A stretch of DNA of 64,000 nt from Chiloscyllium plagiosum (Eukaryota). Numbering within the stretch: the first letter of the stretch is position 1; the number at the start of each line of letters is the position of its first letter. Positions 47,501 through 56,385 of the stretch are shown one piece after another. The notes under the pieces are model-generated. The model did no database searches and had not been told where the DNA came from. It saw only the letters and a list, made by a program, of their open reading frames with translations. The stretch covers positions 24,281,465 to 24,345,464 of the forward strand of contig NC_057719.1 in NCBI RefSeq assembly GCF_004010195.1, in the 5' to 3' direction. A program made the position numbers and the translations under genes.

Positions 47501-50500
47501 GAGAAATAATCTGATTGTTGCTCACCACACAGAATTTGGGAACCCATACTCAGATTGAAGAGACTGAGCTCTTGACAGTTTAAAGGAGGACAGAAGATTT
47601 GCCACTTATTCTAGAATAAAGGAAAGTAGATGCCAATTCTGGGATTAGGAGTTTACCAGCTAGAAAAGGAAAAGTAAAGAAGCAAGCCAGTAGGAACTGA
47701 GAATAACTTCGGACATAAGTTCTGACAGAATATAAGTGGACACCCAAGGTACAGCATCATATAGATATACAATAGAAAACTGTTAATTATTTTAAAAGCA
47801 AAATGTGGATTTATTTTCTGTAGTACAGAGAACACATTTCATACTGAATAATAAACAAGGTCTTAAGACGTGAAATTTCACAGAATACTTAAAGTCAGCC
47901 GCCATGTTAATCTCTACAGTTTCATAACAAAGTTAATCAATGTATGACAAGATACAAATGGTCACAATAAAACTTCAACAACCAACACCAAGAGTTGCAG
48001 CTATTTATTTAAGACTCCATCTAGAAATTGAAAATCAATTGAAAATGGAGCCTTTGAATGCTATGATGCCTTAATCTACATTCCTGATGGTTGACATTTT
48101 TTAAATTTGAGTTCGGGAACTGTTCTGCATAAATCAAAGCAAAATACTGGAAATTATATCCATGATCATTACAGATTTTTTGAAGTCACTACATTAGCAG
48201 AAAACAACGTTAGACTAATGTAATTTACTAACTCGTTATTGATCTTTTCAATGTGACATATGGGTAAATGCTGAGCAATTTACAAAACCACAGAATAATG
48301 TGGAAAGAAAGAACTTGCCTGTCTGATTATTGGAATGTAATTAACATCTTCATTTTCATACCTGGGGAAAGGATTTAAACATTGCCATTAAAAACAGATA
48401 ACAACTACAGCTGTTGATTTTAACTTTCAACACTGGACAGAAAACCAGTTTCCTCATTTCCCCACCCCCCACCTTATCTGAGATCCAACCTTCCAACTTG
48501 GCACCACCCACTTGTACCTGTCCATCTTCTTTCCCAGCTATCCACTCCGCCCTCCTCCTGACCTATCACCTTTACCCCCAACTTCATCTACTTATCGCAT
48601 TCTCAGCTACCTTTCCCTCAGCCCCATTCTCCTCCCATTTATCTCTCAGCCCCCTTGGGCCACCCCCATCATTCCTGATGAAGAGCTTATGCAGGAAACA
48701 TTGATTCTCCCTACTCCTCGGATACTGCTTTTCCAGCACCACACCCTTCAACTCTGATCTCCAGCATCTGCGGTGTTCACTTTCTCCCAGAAAACCAGGG
48801 ATGCTAAGGACTATATCAAATTGAAAAAAAAATGTTGCAAAGATTAGCGGTAAATCAGAGGATTGGGAAAGTTTTAAAAGCCAACAAAAGTTGAACAAAA
48901 AAAAAGGAAAAACAAAATGAAGGCAAACTAGCAAGTAACATAAAAGCAGACAGTAAGGGCTTCTCCAAATGTATAAAAAGGAAGAGAAAGATCATAGTGA
49001 ACCTAGGCCTCTTACAGAATGAGGCTGGGGTAATAACGTGGACACAAATAGCATTACAAAATACTAAATAATCAAGGGGCTAAGGGGGATTGCGGGAGGG
49101 GAGAGGGAACAAACATAAAAATCATTGAAAGAAAAAGTATCAAGGAAACTAACATGTTAAATACCAAGATTAACCCATAGTATTGGGGTAGTCTATTAGC
49201 ATGGATTAACTAACTAATAGAAAACAGAGCCATAAAGGGAGCATTTACAGGATGGAAATCCATAACTAGTGGAGGGTCATACAGATCAGTGCTGGTTCCA
49301 TAATTATTTACGATGTATATTCATTACTTGAATGATATAACTAAATGTACTATCACCAAGTTTGTGGATGACAAAAATAGATGGGAAGGCAAGTGGTGAG
49401 GATGACACAAAGAGAGACATAGAAAGGTAAAGTGATTGGGCAAAAATGTGGCAGATGGAAAAACGTGAGGTGATACACTTTGGCAGGAAGAATAGAAGAG
49501 ATGAATATTATTTAAAAGGGGCAAGACTGCAGAAAGCCGCAACACAGAGGGAACTCATGCTTGAATCACAAAAAAGCCAGCATTGAAGTTCAGCAGATAG
49601 CACAGATGGTAAATAGACACATGAACGGGAGGTGAACAGAGGGTTAGAAACCATATATAAGCAATAAGTAGCGGGTCTAAATAAGGCTTAGGAATTGGGA
49701 CAGGCTTGGTGGGCAGAAGGGCCTGTTCCTGTGCTATATTTTTCATAGTGGAACATTTTTCAAAGGAAAAGGAATATCAAAATAGAGAAGACTTGCTAAA
49801 ACTATACAAGACACTGGTCAGACCACAGCTAGAATACTTTGAACAGTTTTGGTCCCTTTATCTAAGGAAACACATACTGTTATTGGAGGCAGTTCTGGGA
49901 AGGTTATAGAGTCATAAAGACATAATGCATGGAAACAGACCCTTCGGTCCAACTCATCTATGCCAACCAAATGTCCGAAATTAATCTAGTCCCATTTGCC
50001 AGCAATTAGCCCATATTCCTCTAATCCCTTCTTATTCACATACCCATCCACCTCCGCTTCCTCTTACAGTTCATTCATACATGCACTACCCTCTGCATGA
50101 AAAGTTGCCCCTTAAGTCTCTTTTAAATCTTACTCCTCTCACTTAAACCTTTACCCTCTAGTTTTGGACTCCCCTTCCCTGGGGGAAAAACCTAGACTAT
50201 TCACCCTATCCATTCCCCTCATGATTTTATAAACTTTATAAGGTCTGTCATCCTGTCTCTACAGTTCAAACCCTCCACCCCTGGCAACAGCCTTCTAAAT
50301 ATTTTCTGCACCCTTTCAAATTTAACAACATCTTTCCTATCACAAGGCAACCAGAACTGAATGCAATATTCCAAAAGTGGCCTATCAATGTCCTGTAAGG
50401 CTGCAACATGACATCCCAACCTCTAAACTCAATACACTGACCAATAAAGGCATGCATACGAAACGCCTTCTTCACTATCCTGTCTACCTGCATCACCACT

Positions 50501-53500
50501 TTCAAGGAACTACAAACCTGCACTCCAAGGTCTCTTTGTTCTGCATCACTCCCCAGGAACTTACCATTAAATATATAAGTCCAGCCCTGATTTTCCTTTG
50601 GTTCCCTAGGTCGATCTGGGTATGGAGGGATTTTCTTATGAGGATAAATTGAGGAAATTGTGTTTGTACTCATTGGAGTTTCGGGGAAATGAGAGGAAAT
50701 TTTATTGAAACATAAGATTCTTAGGGGGCTTGAAAGGATAGATGTGGAGGAGTTGGTTCCTAGCACACATGACTTGAGGACTAAAAGGCTTAATCTCAGA
50801 GTTAGCGGGTGCCCATCGAAGACAGAAATGAGGAGGAATTTCTTCTCTCAGAAAGTAGTGACTCAGGAGAATTGTTTACCAGAGAGCTGTTGAAGTTGGT
50901 TCATTAAGTATAGTCAAGGCTTAGATAGATAGATAGATAATCAGAATGGAATTCAAGGGTATCTTCTTCTCTCTTGATTTGATTTATTGTAGTCATATGT
51001 ACCTAGGTACAGTGAAAAGTTTTGTTTTGCGAGCAGTGCCAGCAGATCATAGCAAACAAGGACAGACAGGTCATAGGGTGCTTAGAGGAAGCAAGGCATG
51101 CAAGGTGACACCTGCAGAGGAGGTGCACAAAGCAAGATCAACATTAGCAAGACAAATATTATTTGAAATTAGAGAGCTCCATTCAGCAGGGAAGAACCTC
51201 TTCTTGAAGCTGTTGGTGCATGGTGTTTAAGCTTCTGTATTTTCTGCCTGATGGAAGAGGTTACTGGGTGGAAGGGGTCTTTGCTGATGTTGTTAGCCTT
51301 TCAGCAGCAATGAGAAGTGTAAATGGAGTCCATGGATGGGAGGTTGGCTTCTGTGATGGCATGGGCTGTGCACACAACCTTCTGTAGTTTCTTATAGTTC
51401 TGAGCAGAGCAGTTGCCGGACCAGGCCATTATGCATCTAGGTACAATGCTTTCTGTGGTACATCTGTTTTAGTTGGTGAGGGTCCTCATGGACATGGCAA
51501 ATTTCCTAAGCAGCCTGAGGAAGAAGAGGCATTGTCATACCTTCTTATGTGGATAAGACAAGAAAAATAGAGTTCGGGATGATGAGATCAGCCATGATCT
51601 CAACAAATCGTAGAGGAGATTCAATTAGCCAAATCATCTCCTCTACTCCTACTTTTTATGTTCTAATCGACTACAGCAGTTCAAGAAAGTAGTTCACCAC
51701 CTTCTCATACCAACTAGAGATGAGTGAGAAATGCTGGCCCAGCCCATAATTTCTACATTCCATAAACGAATTTTTTAAAATCCTTGACAATAAACATCCA
51801 CATCAAGACAGCATCCACATTTTCCCTTGACAATTACTGCTGCTGAATTCCCCTACTATCCACATGTTGGAGATTACCACTGATCAGAAACTGAACCAGA
51901 CCACGCATTAAAACCTGAGGCTACAAGGAAAAGTTGGGATTTCTTTGGCGAGAAACTCATTTCCTTCTGCTCAAAGTCAGTCCATTACCACAGGTTAAGA
52001 GTGTGTTGCAAGATTCTTCACTCTCCTGAATAAGCATGGCTCCAAAAACACTAAAGAAGCTCAACATCATCCAAGACAAGACAGCCATGCGATTGGATTC
52101 CAATTCACCTCCATAAACATTCAGCCCTTCGGCCACCACATCCAAGAGCAGCAGACACATAACAGTCATGGAGTTATATAGGACGGAAACAGACCCTTCG
52201 GTCCAACTCGTCCATGCTGACCAGATATCCTAAATTAATCTGGTTCCATTTACCAGCATTTGGCCCATATCCCTCTAACCTTTCCTATTCATGTACCCAT
52301 CCAGATGCCTTTTAAATGCTGTAATTGAACCAGCCTTCACCACTTTCTCTGGCAGCATGTTCCATACATGCACCACCCTATGCGTGAAAACGTTGCCTCT
52401 CAGGTTCCTTTTAAATGTTTCTCTTCTCACCTTAAACACATGCCCTTTAGTTTTGGATTCCCCAAATTGGTACAACATTACTTACAAACTCCCCTCCCAT
52501 GCCATATAATATCCTGACTGGGAATACTTCATCATTCTTACACTATCACTGTTGCATCAAGGTCCTAGAACTTCCTTCCCAAACAGCACTGTGTGTGCAT
52601 TACATAACTGTAGTAGCTGAAAAACAGGGCTCGCCATCACTTTCTCACGGTCGGTTCAGGACAAGCAGCAGACTGCAGTTGTGCCAGTGACGCTCACATC
52701 CCATAAAAGAATTAAGAAATCTCCAGTGGGGTGAGGGGGAATAGCTTCAACAAAAGACTCTTCAAGATCAAGAGGGGTTTAGTAGCACGGACAGGGGCAG
52801 TATTCTGTCTGACTGGGGAGTCGGTGAAGAATGTCATCAATTTTAGTCAGGAGAAATTTCCTCCAACAGAGCACGGAATATGTTCCCCGTTCCACAGGGA
52901 ACAGTTGAAAGCGAGATTATCTTTTTACAGAAAGTCGATAGTTTGAAGCAGTTGAAGGTACTGCACAACGCAGAAAGAAAGACCAACACAACATAGTTTT
53001 GAATTGATCTATTCAACAATTAACAGGTAAGCCATGTCCTCCCTCTGTTCTAGCTTCCCTTTGTCAGCATCAAAGAGTCTGGAGTGCAATGCCACTCTAT
53101 CGCCTGGGTGCAGTACTATCTAAGGGCCTCTGCAGTGCAACGGTAGTGTCCCTACTTCTAAGCCAGAAGACCCAGATTCAAGATCTACTTGCTCCAGAAG
53201 TATGTCAAAATAGGTCTGAACAAGTTGGTTAAATATCTAAATGTATGCCATGACCACCTTGATTAAGGTATCTCCTAGCTAGGGCACCGCTACTGAAAAT
53301 GGGGAACCTGGGTTCAGAGGTACAAAATTACCAACTACACAAGAAGAGAAATTATGCAAAGATATTATGAGCAGTCATGGACATACAATTAACCATCCAA
53401 AAAATACTGTGAGGGTCAACAATTGACTAAAAAAGTCAATTCAAACGGCGTAAAGGCCTTACCCACCACAAGGTACGGGAGAAGGAAAAGTTTACCTTTG

Positions 53501-53599
53501 GTCCCCAAGCTGCGTGACGAAGACGTTCCTTTTGGGATTTTTTAAGTGAAGTGAATATCGCCGATAGTCTGTCAGGCTGGGCAGTTTGCCGTCGTCCAT
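5319..53599 (-). CDS. CCDC197: Spliced gene, 9 coding exons, 390-aa coiled-coil protein of the DUF4200 (CCDC42/CFAP73/CCDC197) family; best fit CCDC197
   Basis: Exons 53496-53599, 48319-48361, 45141-45317, 44670-44827, 20295-20377, 19417-19589, 16035-16145, 9522-9638 and 5319-5525 join in frame (1173 nt, ATG to TGA) with consistent phases. Motifs [51 protein letters not shown] and KLDMVKEFIMEK match this family from memory; the exact orthologue needs BLAST and synteny. Confidence 0.85.
6992..7355 (-). mobile_element. HE1-type SINE with an internal tandem duplication of about 67 bp
   Basis: CCAATTCACCT...GGAGGAAACCCACG occurs at about 7143-7209 and again at about 7210-7276. Confidence 0.85.
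8222..8830 (-). mobile_element. Penelope-like element 3' fragment with pseudo-LTR (family A)
   Basis: [16 protein letters not shown]...[13 protein letters not shown]...[12 protein letters not shown] linker/GIY-YIG start; pLTR AAAGTGAGGTCTGCAGATGCTGGAGATCAGAG. Confidence 0.85.
8318..8353 (-). ncRNA. Minimal type I hammerhead ribozyme motif (core intact)
   Basis: Minus strand AUUC-CUGAAGA-A-GGGC-UUGU-GCCC-GAA-ACGU-C^GAUU; GUC site, palindromic ACGU stem III. Confidence 0.8.
9522..9638 (-). CDS. CCDC197: Coding exon 8: [39 protein letters not shown]
   Basis: Strong pyrimidine tract TCTCTCTCTTCATAG, donor AAG|GTCAGA, 117 nt. Confidence 0.9.
9853..10502 (+). repeat. 5' LTR of the Gypsy element
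   Basis: TGTCAC...ATAACA; AATAAA at about 10351; 10246-10502 is homologous to 14040-14282. Confidence 0.85.
11662..11977 (+). mobile_element. Full-length HE1-type SINE nested in the Gypsy element
   Basis: Head, core, tail and TAATCTAATC end. Confidence 0.9.
14040..14282 (+). repeat. 3' LTR of the Gypsy element, lacking its first ~390 bp
   Basis: Follows the polypurine tract directly and aligns only to the 3' part of the 5' LTR. Confidence 0.85.
16035..16145 (-). CDS. CCDC197: Coding exon 7: [37 protein letters not shown]
   Basis: Acceptor TTTTTAAATAG, donor AAG|GTAATC, 111 nt, phase 0/0. Confidence 0.88.
17662..17971 (-). mobile_element. Full-length, young-looking HE1-type SINE
   Basis: CpG-rich head GGGCGGCACGGTGGCACAGTGGTTAGCACTGCTGCCTCACAGCGCC, tail ending in (TCTAA)n. 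Confidence 0.92.
19417..19589 (-). CDS. CCDC197: Coding exon 6: (N)[57 protein letters not shown]
   Basis: Acceptor TGTTCCAG, donor CTG|GTATGG, 173 nt; overlaps ORF 19390..19611. Confidence 0.9.
20295..20377 (-). CDS. CCDC197: Coding exon 5: (R)[27 protein letters not shown](N)
   Basis: Acceptor TGTCCACAG, donor A|GTAAGT, 83 nt, phase 2 to phase 1. Confidence 0.88.
20670..20766 (+). mobile_element. PLE family B pseudo-LTR fragment with a mutated hammerhead (20672-20706)
   Basis: CAC-CTGATGA-A-GGAGC-GAT-GCTCC-GAA-AGCC-A-GTG (U16.1 replaced by C), then CCTGTTGGACTATAACC..TTTTTAACTTTGTAC. Confidence 0.75.
21398..22060 (-). mobile_element. PLE family A-related 3' fragment with GIY-YIG endonuclease, inverted pLTR ends and a 17-bp direct repeat
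   Basis: ORF 21523..22014 has [30 protein letters not shown]; ends are inverted copies; CTTTACTAATTTCCTGG at 21385-21401 and 22061-22077. Confidence 0.9.
21454..21489 (-). ncRNA. Minimal type I hammerhead ribozyme motif (core intact)
   Basis: Minus strand AUUC-CUGAUGA-A-GGGC-UUUU-GCCC-GAA-ACGU-C^GAUU. Confidence 0.82.
23091..23306. mobile_element. PLE family B foldback (two inverted pLTRs)
   Basis: About 23122-23210 is the reverse complement of about 23221-23306; flanked by AATAAATTGTG / AACAAATTGTG. Confidence 0.85.
23175..23209 (-). ncRNA. Minimal type I hammerhead ribozyme motif (core intact)
   Basis: Minus strand CAA-CUGAUGA-A-GGAGC-AAC-GCUCC-GAA-AGCU-A^UUG; palindromic AGCU stem III, CUA site. 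Confidence 0.78.
24799..25153 (-). mobile_element. HE1-type SINE
   Basis: Reverse head, core and tail. Confidence 0.8.
25356..25590. mobile_element. PLE family B foldback (two inverted pLTRs)
   Basis: About 25356-25450 is the reverse complement of about 25456-25547. Confidence 0.85.
25406..25440 (-). ncRNA. Minimal hammerhead motif, near-intact (G-U at the base of stem II)
   Basis: Minus strand CAC-CUGAUGA-A-GGAGC-UGC-GCUCU-GAA-AGCU-A^GUG. Confidence 0.7.
27690..28285 (+). mobile_element. Decayed CR1 fragments, followed by a PLE family A pLTR piece (about 28286-28378)
   Basis: TTAGATTTTCAGAAGGCATTCGATAAAG (LDFQKAFDK) and CR1 3' end; GCTGGAAAAGCACAGGTCAGGCAGCATCC. Confidence 0.65.
29568..30527 (+). 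mobile_element. PLE family B 3' fragment with (CA/CT)n-rich spacer, inverted pLTR at the left end and a 12-bp TSD
   Basis: AGAAAGAATATG at 29556-29567 and 30528-30539; homologous to 57316-60012. Confidence 0.8.
30596..30922 (+). mobile_element. HE1-type SINE
   Basis: Head, core and tail. Confidence 0.88.
31400..31471 (+). pseudogene. tRNA-Glu(TTC) pseudogene
   Basis: TCCCTGGTGGTCTAGTGGTTAGGATT...GGCCCGGGTTCGATTCCCGGTCAGGGAA matches vertebrate tRNA-Glu; acceptor, D and T arms intact but the anticodon stem TGGCA/CTATG cannot pair. Confidence 0.85.
31484..31793 (+). mobile_element. HE1-type SINE whose 3' tail (about 31734-31793) is in inverted orientation
   Basis: Body ends GTGTGGACTTG, followed by ATTAGATTAGATTCC...GGCCCTTTGGCCCAACATGTCCACAC. 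Confidence 0.8.
32544..32697. mobile_element. Short PLE family B foldback
   Basis: CACACAACACCAGGTTATAGTCCAATAGGTTTAT is inverted against ATAAACCTGTTGGACTATAACC; flanks TCTATTGAT / TCTACTGAT. Confidence 0.75.
33436..33730 (+). mobile_element. HE1-type SINE
   Basis: Head, core, tail and TAATCTAA end. Confidence 0.9.
34285..34557. mobile_element. PLE family A foldback containing a family B pLTR piece (about 34415-34515)
   Basis: GAGTCAAAAAGTGTGGTGCTGGAAAAGCACAG is inverted against TGTGTTTTTCCAGCGCCACACGTTTTGACTC; flanks TCAGATGGATGTGG / TCAGATGGATATGG. Confidence 0.75.
35300..36780 (+). mobile_element. Highly decayed CR1 fragments with intervening older repeats
   Basis: GTATAAAACATTGTTAAGCCACAGATAGAGTACTGTGTGCAGTTCT and other CR1 ORF2-like segments. 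Confidence 0.55.
37108..37270. mobile_element. Short PLE family A foldback with a perfect 16-bp TSD
   Basis: CCTGTTCAACTTGCAG at 37092-37107 and 37271-37286; GTCAAGATTAGAGTGGTGCTG is inverted against CAGCACTACTCTAATCTTGAC. Confidence 0.85.
37820..42270 (+). mobile_element. Long decayed PLE (Neptune-like, family C): inverted 5' pLTR, RT, Cys linker, GIY-YIG, 3' pLTR split by CR1 insertions
   Basis: [103 protein letters not shown]; about 37820-38030 is inverted relative to the 3' end; pLTR resumes at about 42134. Confidence 0.9.
40825..42090 (+). mobile_element. CR1 LINE 3' portion, nested inside a minus-strand CR1 tail (about 40728-40824 plus 42091-42133)
   Basis: [45 protein letters not shown]; tail GGGCCAAAGGGCCTGTTCTGTGCTGTA. 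Confidence 0.92.
42389..42720 (-). mobile_element. HE1-type SINE
   Basis: Reverse head, core and tail. Confidence 0.85.
44670..44827 (-). CDS. CCDC197: Coding exon 4: [52 protein letters not shown](R)
   Basis: Acceptor CTTTCCTCCATAG, donor AG|GTACAC; contains the DUF4200-type KF-x-KFL-x-x-N-x-AKR-x-RA motif. Confidence 0.92.
45141..45317 (-). CDS. CCDC197: Coding exon 3: [59 protein letters not shown]
   Basis: Acceptor TGTTTCAG, donor GTG|GTAAGA, 177 nt open, coiled-coil composition. Confidence 0.9.
45840..46660 (+). mobile_element. Old PLE 3' fragment
   Basis: Decayed GIY-YIG-like DNA (ATTGGAAAGACCAAACAAAGACATGGTGATGGCTTTGTGGAACACC) and pLTR-like ends. Confidence 0.55.
47195..47463 (+). 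mobile_element. HE1-type SINE (diverged)
   Basis: GGTGGCTCAGTAGTTAGCATTGCTGCCTCACAG head and tail. Confidence 0.8.
48319..48361 (-). CDS. CCDC197: Coding exon 2 (43 nt): (R)[14 protein letters not shown]
   Basis: Acceptor TCCTTTCCCCAG; non-canonical donor CAG|GCAAGT; converts phase 2 to phase 0 exactly as required. Confidence 0.75.
48444..48790 (+). mobile_element. PLE family A 3' end/pLTR with a decayed hammerhead (about 48671-48706)
   Basis: Reverse-complement homologue of 8222-8580; ATTC-CTGATGA-AGAGCTTATGCAG-GAAA-CATT-GATT. Confidence 0.8.
48800..52710. mobile_element. Cluster of nested CR1/LINE fragments in both orientations
   Basis: [12 protein letters not shown] (+, 49706..49909); [12 protein letters not shown] (-, 50266..50766); minus-strand CR1 3' ends at about 49908-50605 and 52165-52470. 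Confidence 0.75.
53124..53240 (+). mobile_element. Short tRNA-derived SINE-like fragment
   Basis: A-box/B-box-like GTGCAACGGTAGTG...GATTCAAGATC; family not identified. Confidence 0.35.
53496..53599 (-). CDS. CCDC197: Coding exon 1: [34 protein letters not shown](R)
   Basis: ATG at 53599; donor AG|GTAAAC; 104 nt, ends in phase 2. Confidence 0.8.
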
Positions 53600-53673
53600 A
53601 ATTCCAAGGTTATTTTCCAAAGATCAAAAAAGAAAACCCCCTGCTGAAACGCAGCAGAGTTTTAGGAAAATGC

Positions 53674-53752
53674 CTGAAGCGAGAAAAAAAAATAAGTGGC
53701 CACGGTTGTTGTGGTTAGTGCACATAAAATCCTGGCCAAAAAAACCAATCAC
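53674..53752 (-). other. Putative short (79 nt) 5'UTR intron
   Basis: Donor CAG|GTGATT at 53752 and acceptor TTTTTTTTTCTCGCTTCAG ending at 53674. Confidence 0.5.
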
Positions 53753-53765
53753 CTGGGAATGACCG

Positions 53766-53779
53766 GTTGCCTGTGAAAC
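53766..53779. promoter_or_regulatory. Second X-box-like motif GTTGCCTGTGAAAC
   Basis: Perfect GTTGCC half-site plus GAAAC, about 100 bp from the first X-box. Confidence 0.45.
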
Positions 53780-53869
53780 TATCTCTTTACAAGTTGCAAG
53801 TTCGATCGCTGGCCGCTTCCTGAAGCAGCTCCGGGATCATATGACAGGGAGAAGCAAAAACATTACACC

Positions 53870-53883
53870 GTCTCTATGGGAAC
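53870..53883. promoter_or_regulatory. RFX X-box motif GTCTCTATGGGAAC
   Basis: Fits RYYNYY-WW-RRNRAC; lies in the relatively CpG-rich 5' end of a cilia/flagella-family gene. Confidence 0.6.
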
Positions 53884-55472
53884 CACCCGGAGACTGGGAA
53901 GAAGCCAAACAAAATCATCCTTGACTTCGATCCAACATAAACACAAATGCATTGCAATATTTCCATTTCGGAGCTTCTCTATTCTGTGGATTTTCAAACC
54001 AGCCCCTTCTCCCCACCTCACCGCCGCTGGAGTAGAATTCCATTGGTGTTCCCTTCCCAATCGATTCTAATTGCCACAGCTCACCCCAGTAAGGGTAGAG
54101 AACACCCCAAGACTGCCCTGGATTCTGGTGTCTCCAAAACTTCCAGGCTTGCACCCCAAAGAGCCAGGTCAGGAGACCACAGAGGTTAGGAACGAAATGT
54201 ATGTTGTTCATAGTCTTTGACTGGTTGTCAAACTATCAGGCAAGGGGATGAAAATGTTGTTACACGGACAGTTAGCCAAACTAGGTGACTGGAAACAGAG
54301 GGGAACCTTCAGGGGAGAACCTTTATATACAACCCAAAGTTGTCAACTTTACCTCAATTGCATGCTTTACTGTATGTTAACTTCCTGAACTCATTGCTGG
54401 AAATCCCTCTGAACATCAACAGGCACAGATATTCCAATGGCCAAGTTGTCTTGGAGTAGGGCAGATTGGAGTTGTCTGTTGAGACTTTCTGGAATTCCTG
54501 ACACAACTGCCTCCATGGGAACTGACCAGGCAATTGGAAATTCTCAAAGGCAATTCCCACATATCTGCAACTGTACAAAAAAGCTCCTTAAATTTGAAGG
54601 ATTTGGTGGCTTCCAACTCACTTAAGCTTAATAGTTATGCAGGAAAGGTTAGATGATTAAAAGCCTCCTGAGTAACTCTTAAAGTGAGCTCCTGACTCAC
54701 CGCTGACCACACCCAAGTGAACCTCCCCAAACCCTGACACCACTGACCCTACATCACCCCTGATCTCACACTGGGCTGATTCTGCTTGCCACCCACCCTT
54801 GCCACTCACCCTAACACACCAGACATAAGCATTTATTAATGAATCCACATTTTCTTCTCACAAAATATAAAGTGTTTATCTACACTTACTTTGATATTTC
54901 TGATGAATTCTCCTGATGAGTGAAAGATGTAATGCTTCAACATAATATGTCCGTTTTCAGCAATATTCAAGTTCTACCAAATTACTAATCTTCCCTTTTA
55001 CATATTAAAGAAATCTTTACAGTCAGTCTTTTTAAATGTTATAGTTTACTTTCATCTTCAATGCTCTCCAATTTAACCAATATTTTGGTAAAACATTACA
55101 TGCGGGTATTAAAACACTCCGAATTCTTGGAAATACTATAAGCTGCTTCATAGCACAATCCTTGACCTATTTAATTGGCCACAGATGGAGCACATTTCAC
55201 ATGAAGTTTTTATTTATGAACAGACAGTAGCATATATTCGTTGACATCTATGATTACTTTTAAAAATATTTACCATTAACTTACCATTAACTATCTTAGT
55301 TAGCTTGCTAACTCTCATATACAATCCCTACAGTGCAGACAGAGGCTTTTCAGCCTATACTCTTCTGAAGAGCATCCTACCTACACCCATCCTATTCCTA
55401 TGTTTACCTCGGCTAATCCACCTAGCCTGCATATCCTTGGACACTACAAGGCAATTTAGCACGGCCAACCGT

Positions 55473-55775
55473 GGGCGGCACGGTGGCACAGTGGTTAGCA
55501 CTGCTGCTTCACAGCGCCGGAGACCCGGGTTCAATTCCCGCCTCAGGCGACTAACTGTGTGGAGTTTGCACGTTCTCCCCGTGTCTGTGTGGGTTTCCTC
55601 CGGGTGCTCCGGTTTCCCCCGACAGTCCAAAGATGTGCAGGTCAGGTGAATTGGCCATGCTAAATTGCCCGTAGTGTTAGGTAAGGGGTAATGTATGGGT
55701 GGGTTTCGCTTCGGCGGGTCGGACTTGTTGGGCCGAAGGGCCTGTTTCCACACTGTAATGTAATCTAATCTAATA
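55473..55775 (+). mobile_element. Young HE1-type SINE inserted antisense into an older HE1 (minus strand, about 55320-55470 and 55785-55935)
   Basis: The older copy's core ...AATTTAGCACGGCCAA | TTTGGACTGTGGG... is split by a CpG-rich full-length copy ending in (TCTAA)n. Confidence 0.88.
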
Positions 55776-56217
55776 TAATCTAATATTTGGACTGTGGGAT
55801 GAAACTGCAGCACCAAGAAGAAACCTATGCAGACATGGGGAAAACATGCAAACTCCACACAGGTAGTCACCCAAGGCTAGAATTGAACCTGGGTCCCTGA
55901 CGCTGTGAGGCTGCAGTGCTAACCACTGTGTGAACCCTGTCATATCTCTGTCACTGGCAAAGGTATCCTCTAGTTTCACATCACATCACACTTGAACTCA
56001 ATGTGAAATTCATCATATTATTGTCTCCTAAATTATACTTTATTAATAAATTACTGATGAACTCCATATAGGATAAAATCTAAAATAGTTTGAAATTTTT
56101 AAAAAAACACAGAAATGCTAGAAACACTCAGCAAGTTATGGCAGCATCTGTGAAGAGAGAAACATTTAATGTTTTAGATCTATGATCTTTCAGCAGAATT
56201 GGGAGAAGTTAAAAGTG

Positions 56218-56385
56218 GTGAATTGGCCATGCTAAATTGCCCATAGTGTTCAGGGATGTGTAGGTTACAGGTAAATGTAGAGTAATGGGAAATGGGTTTG
56301 GGTGGGATACTCTTCGGAGGGTTGATGTGGACTTGGAGGGCCAAAGAGCCTGTTTCCACGCTGTAGGGATTCTATGAACTCTATG
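56218..56385 (+). mobile_element. 5'-truncated HE1-type SINE
   Basis: Starts at GGTGAATTGGCCATGCTAAATTGCCC and includes the tail. Confidence 0.8.
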
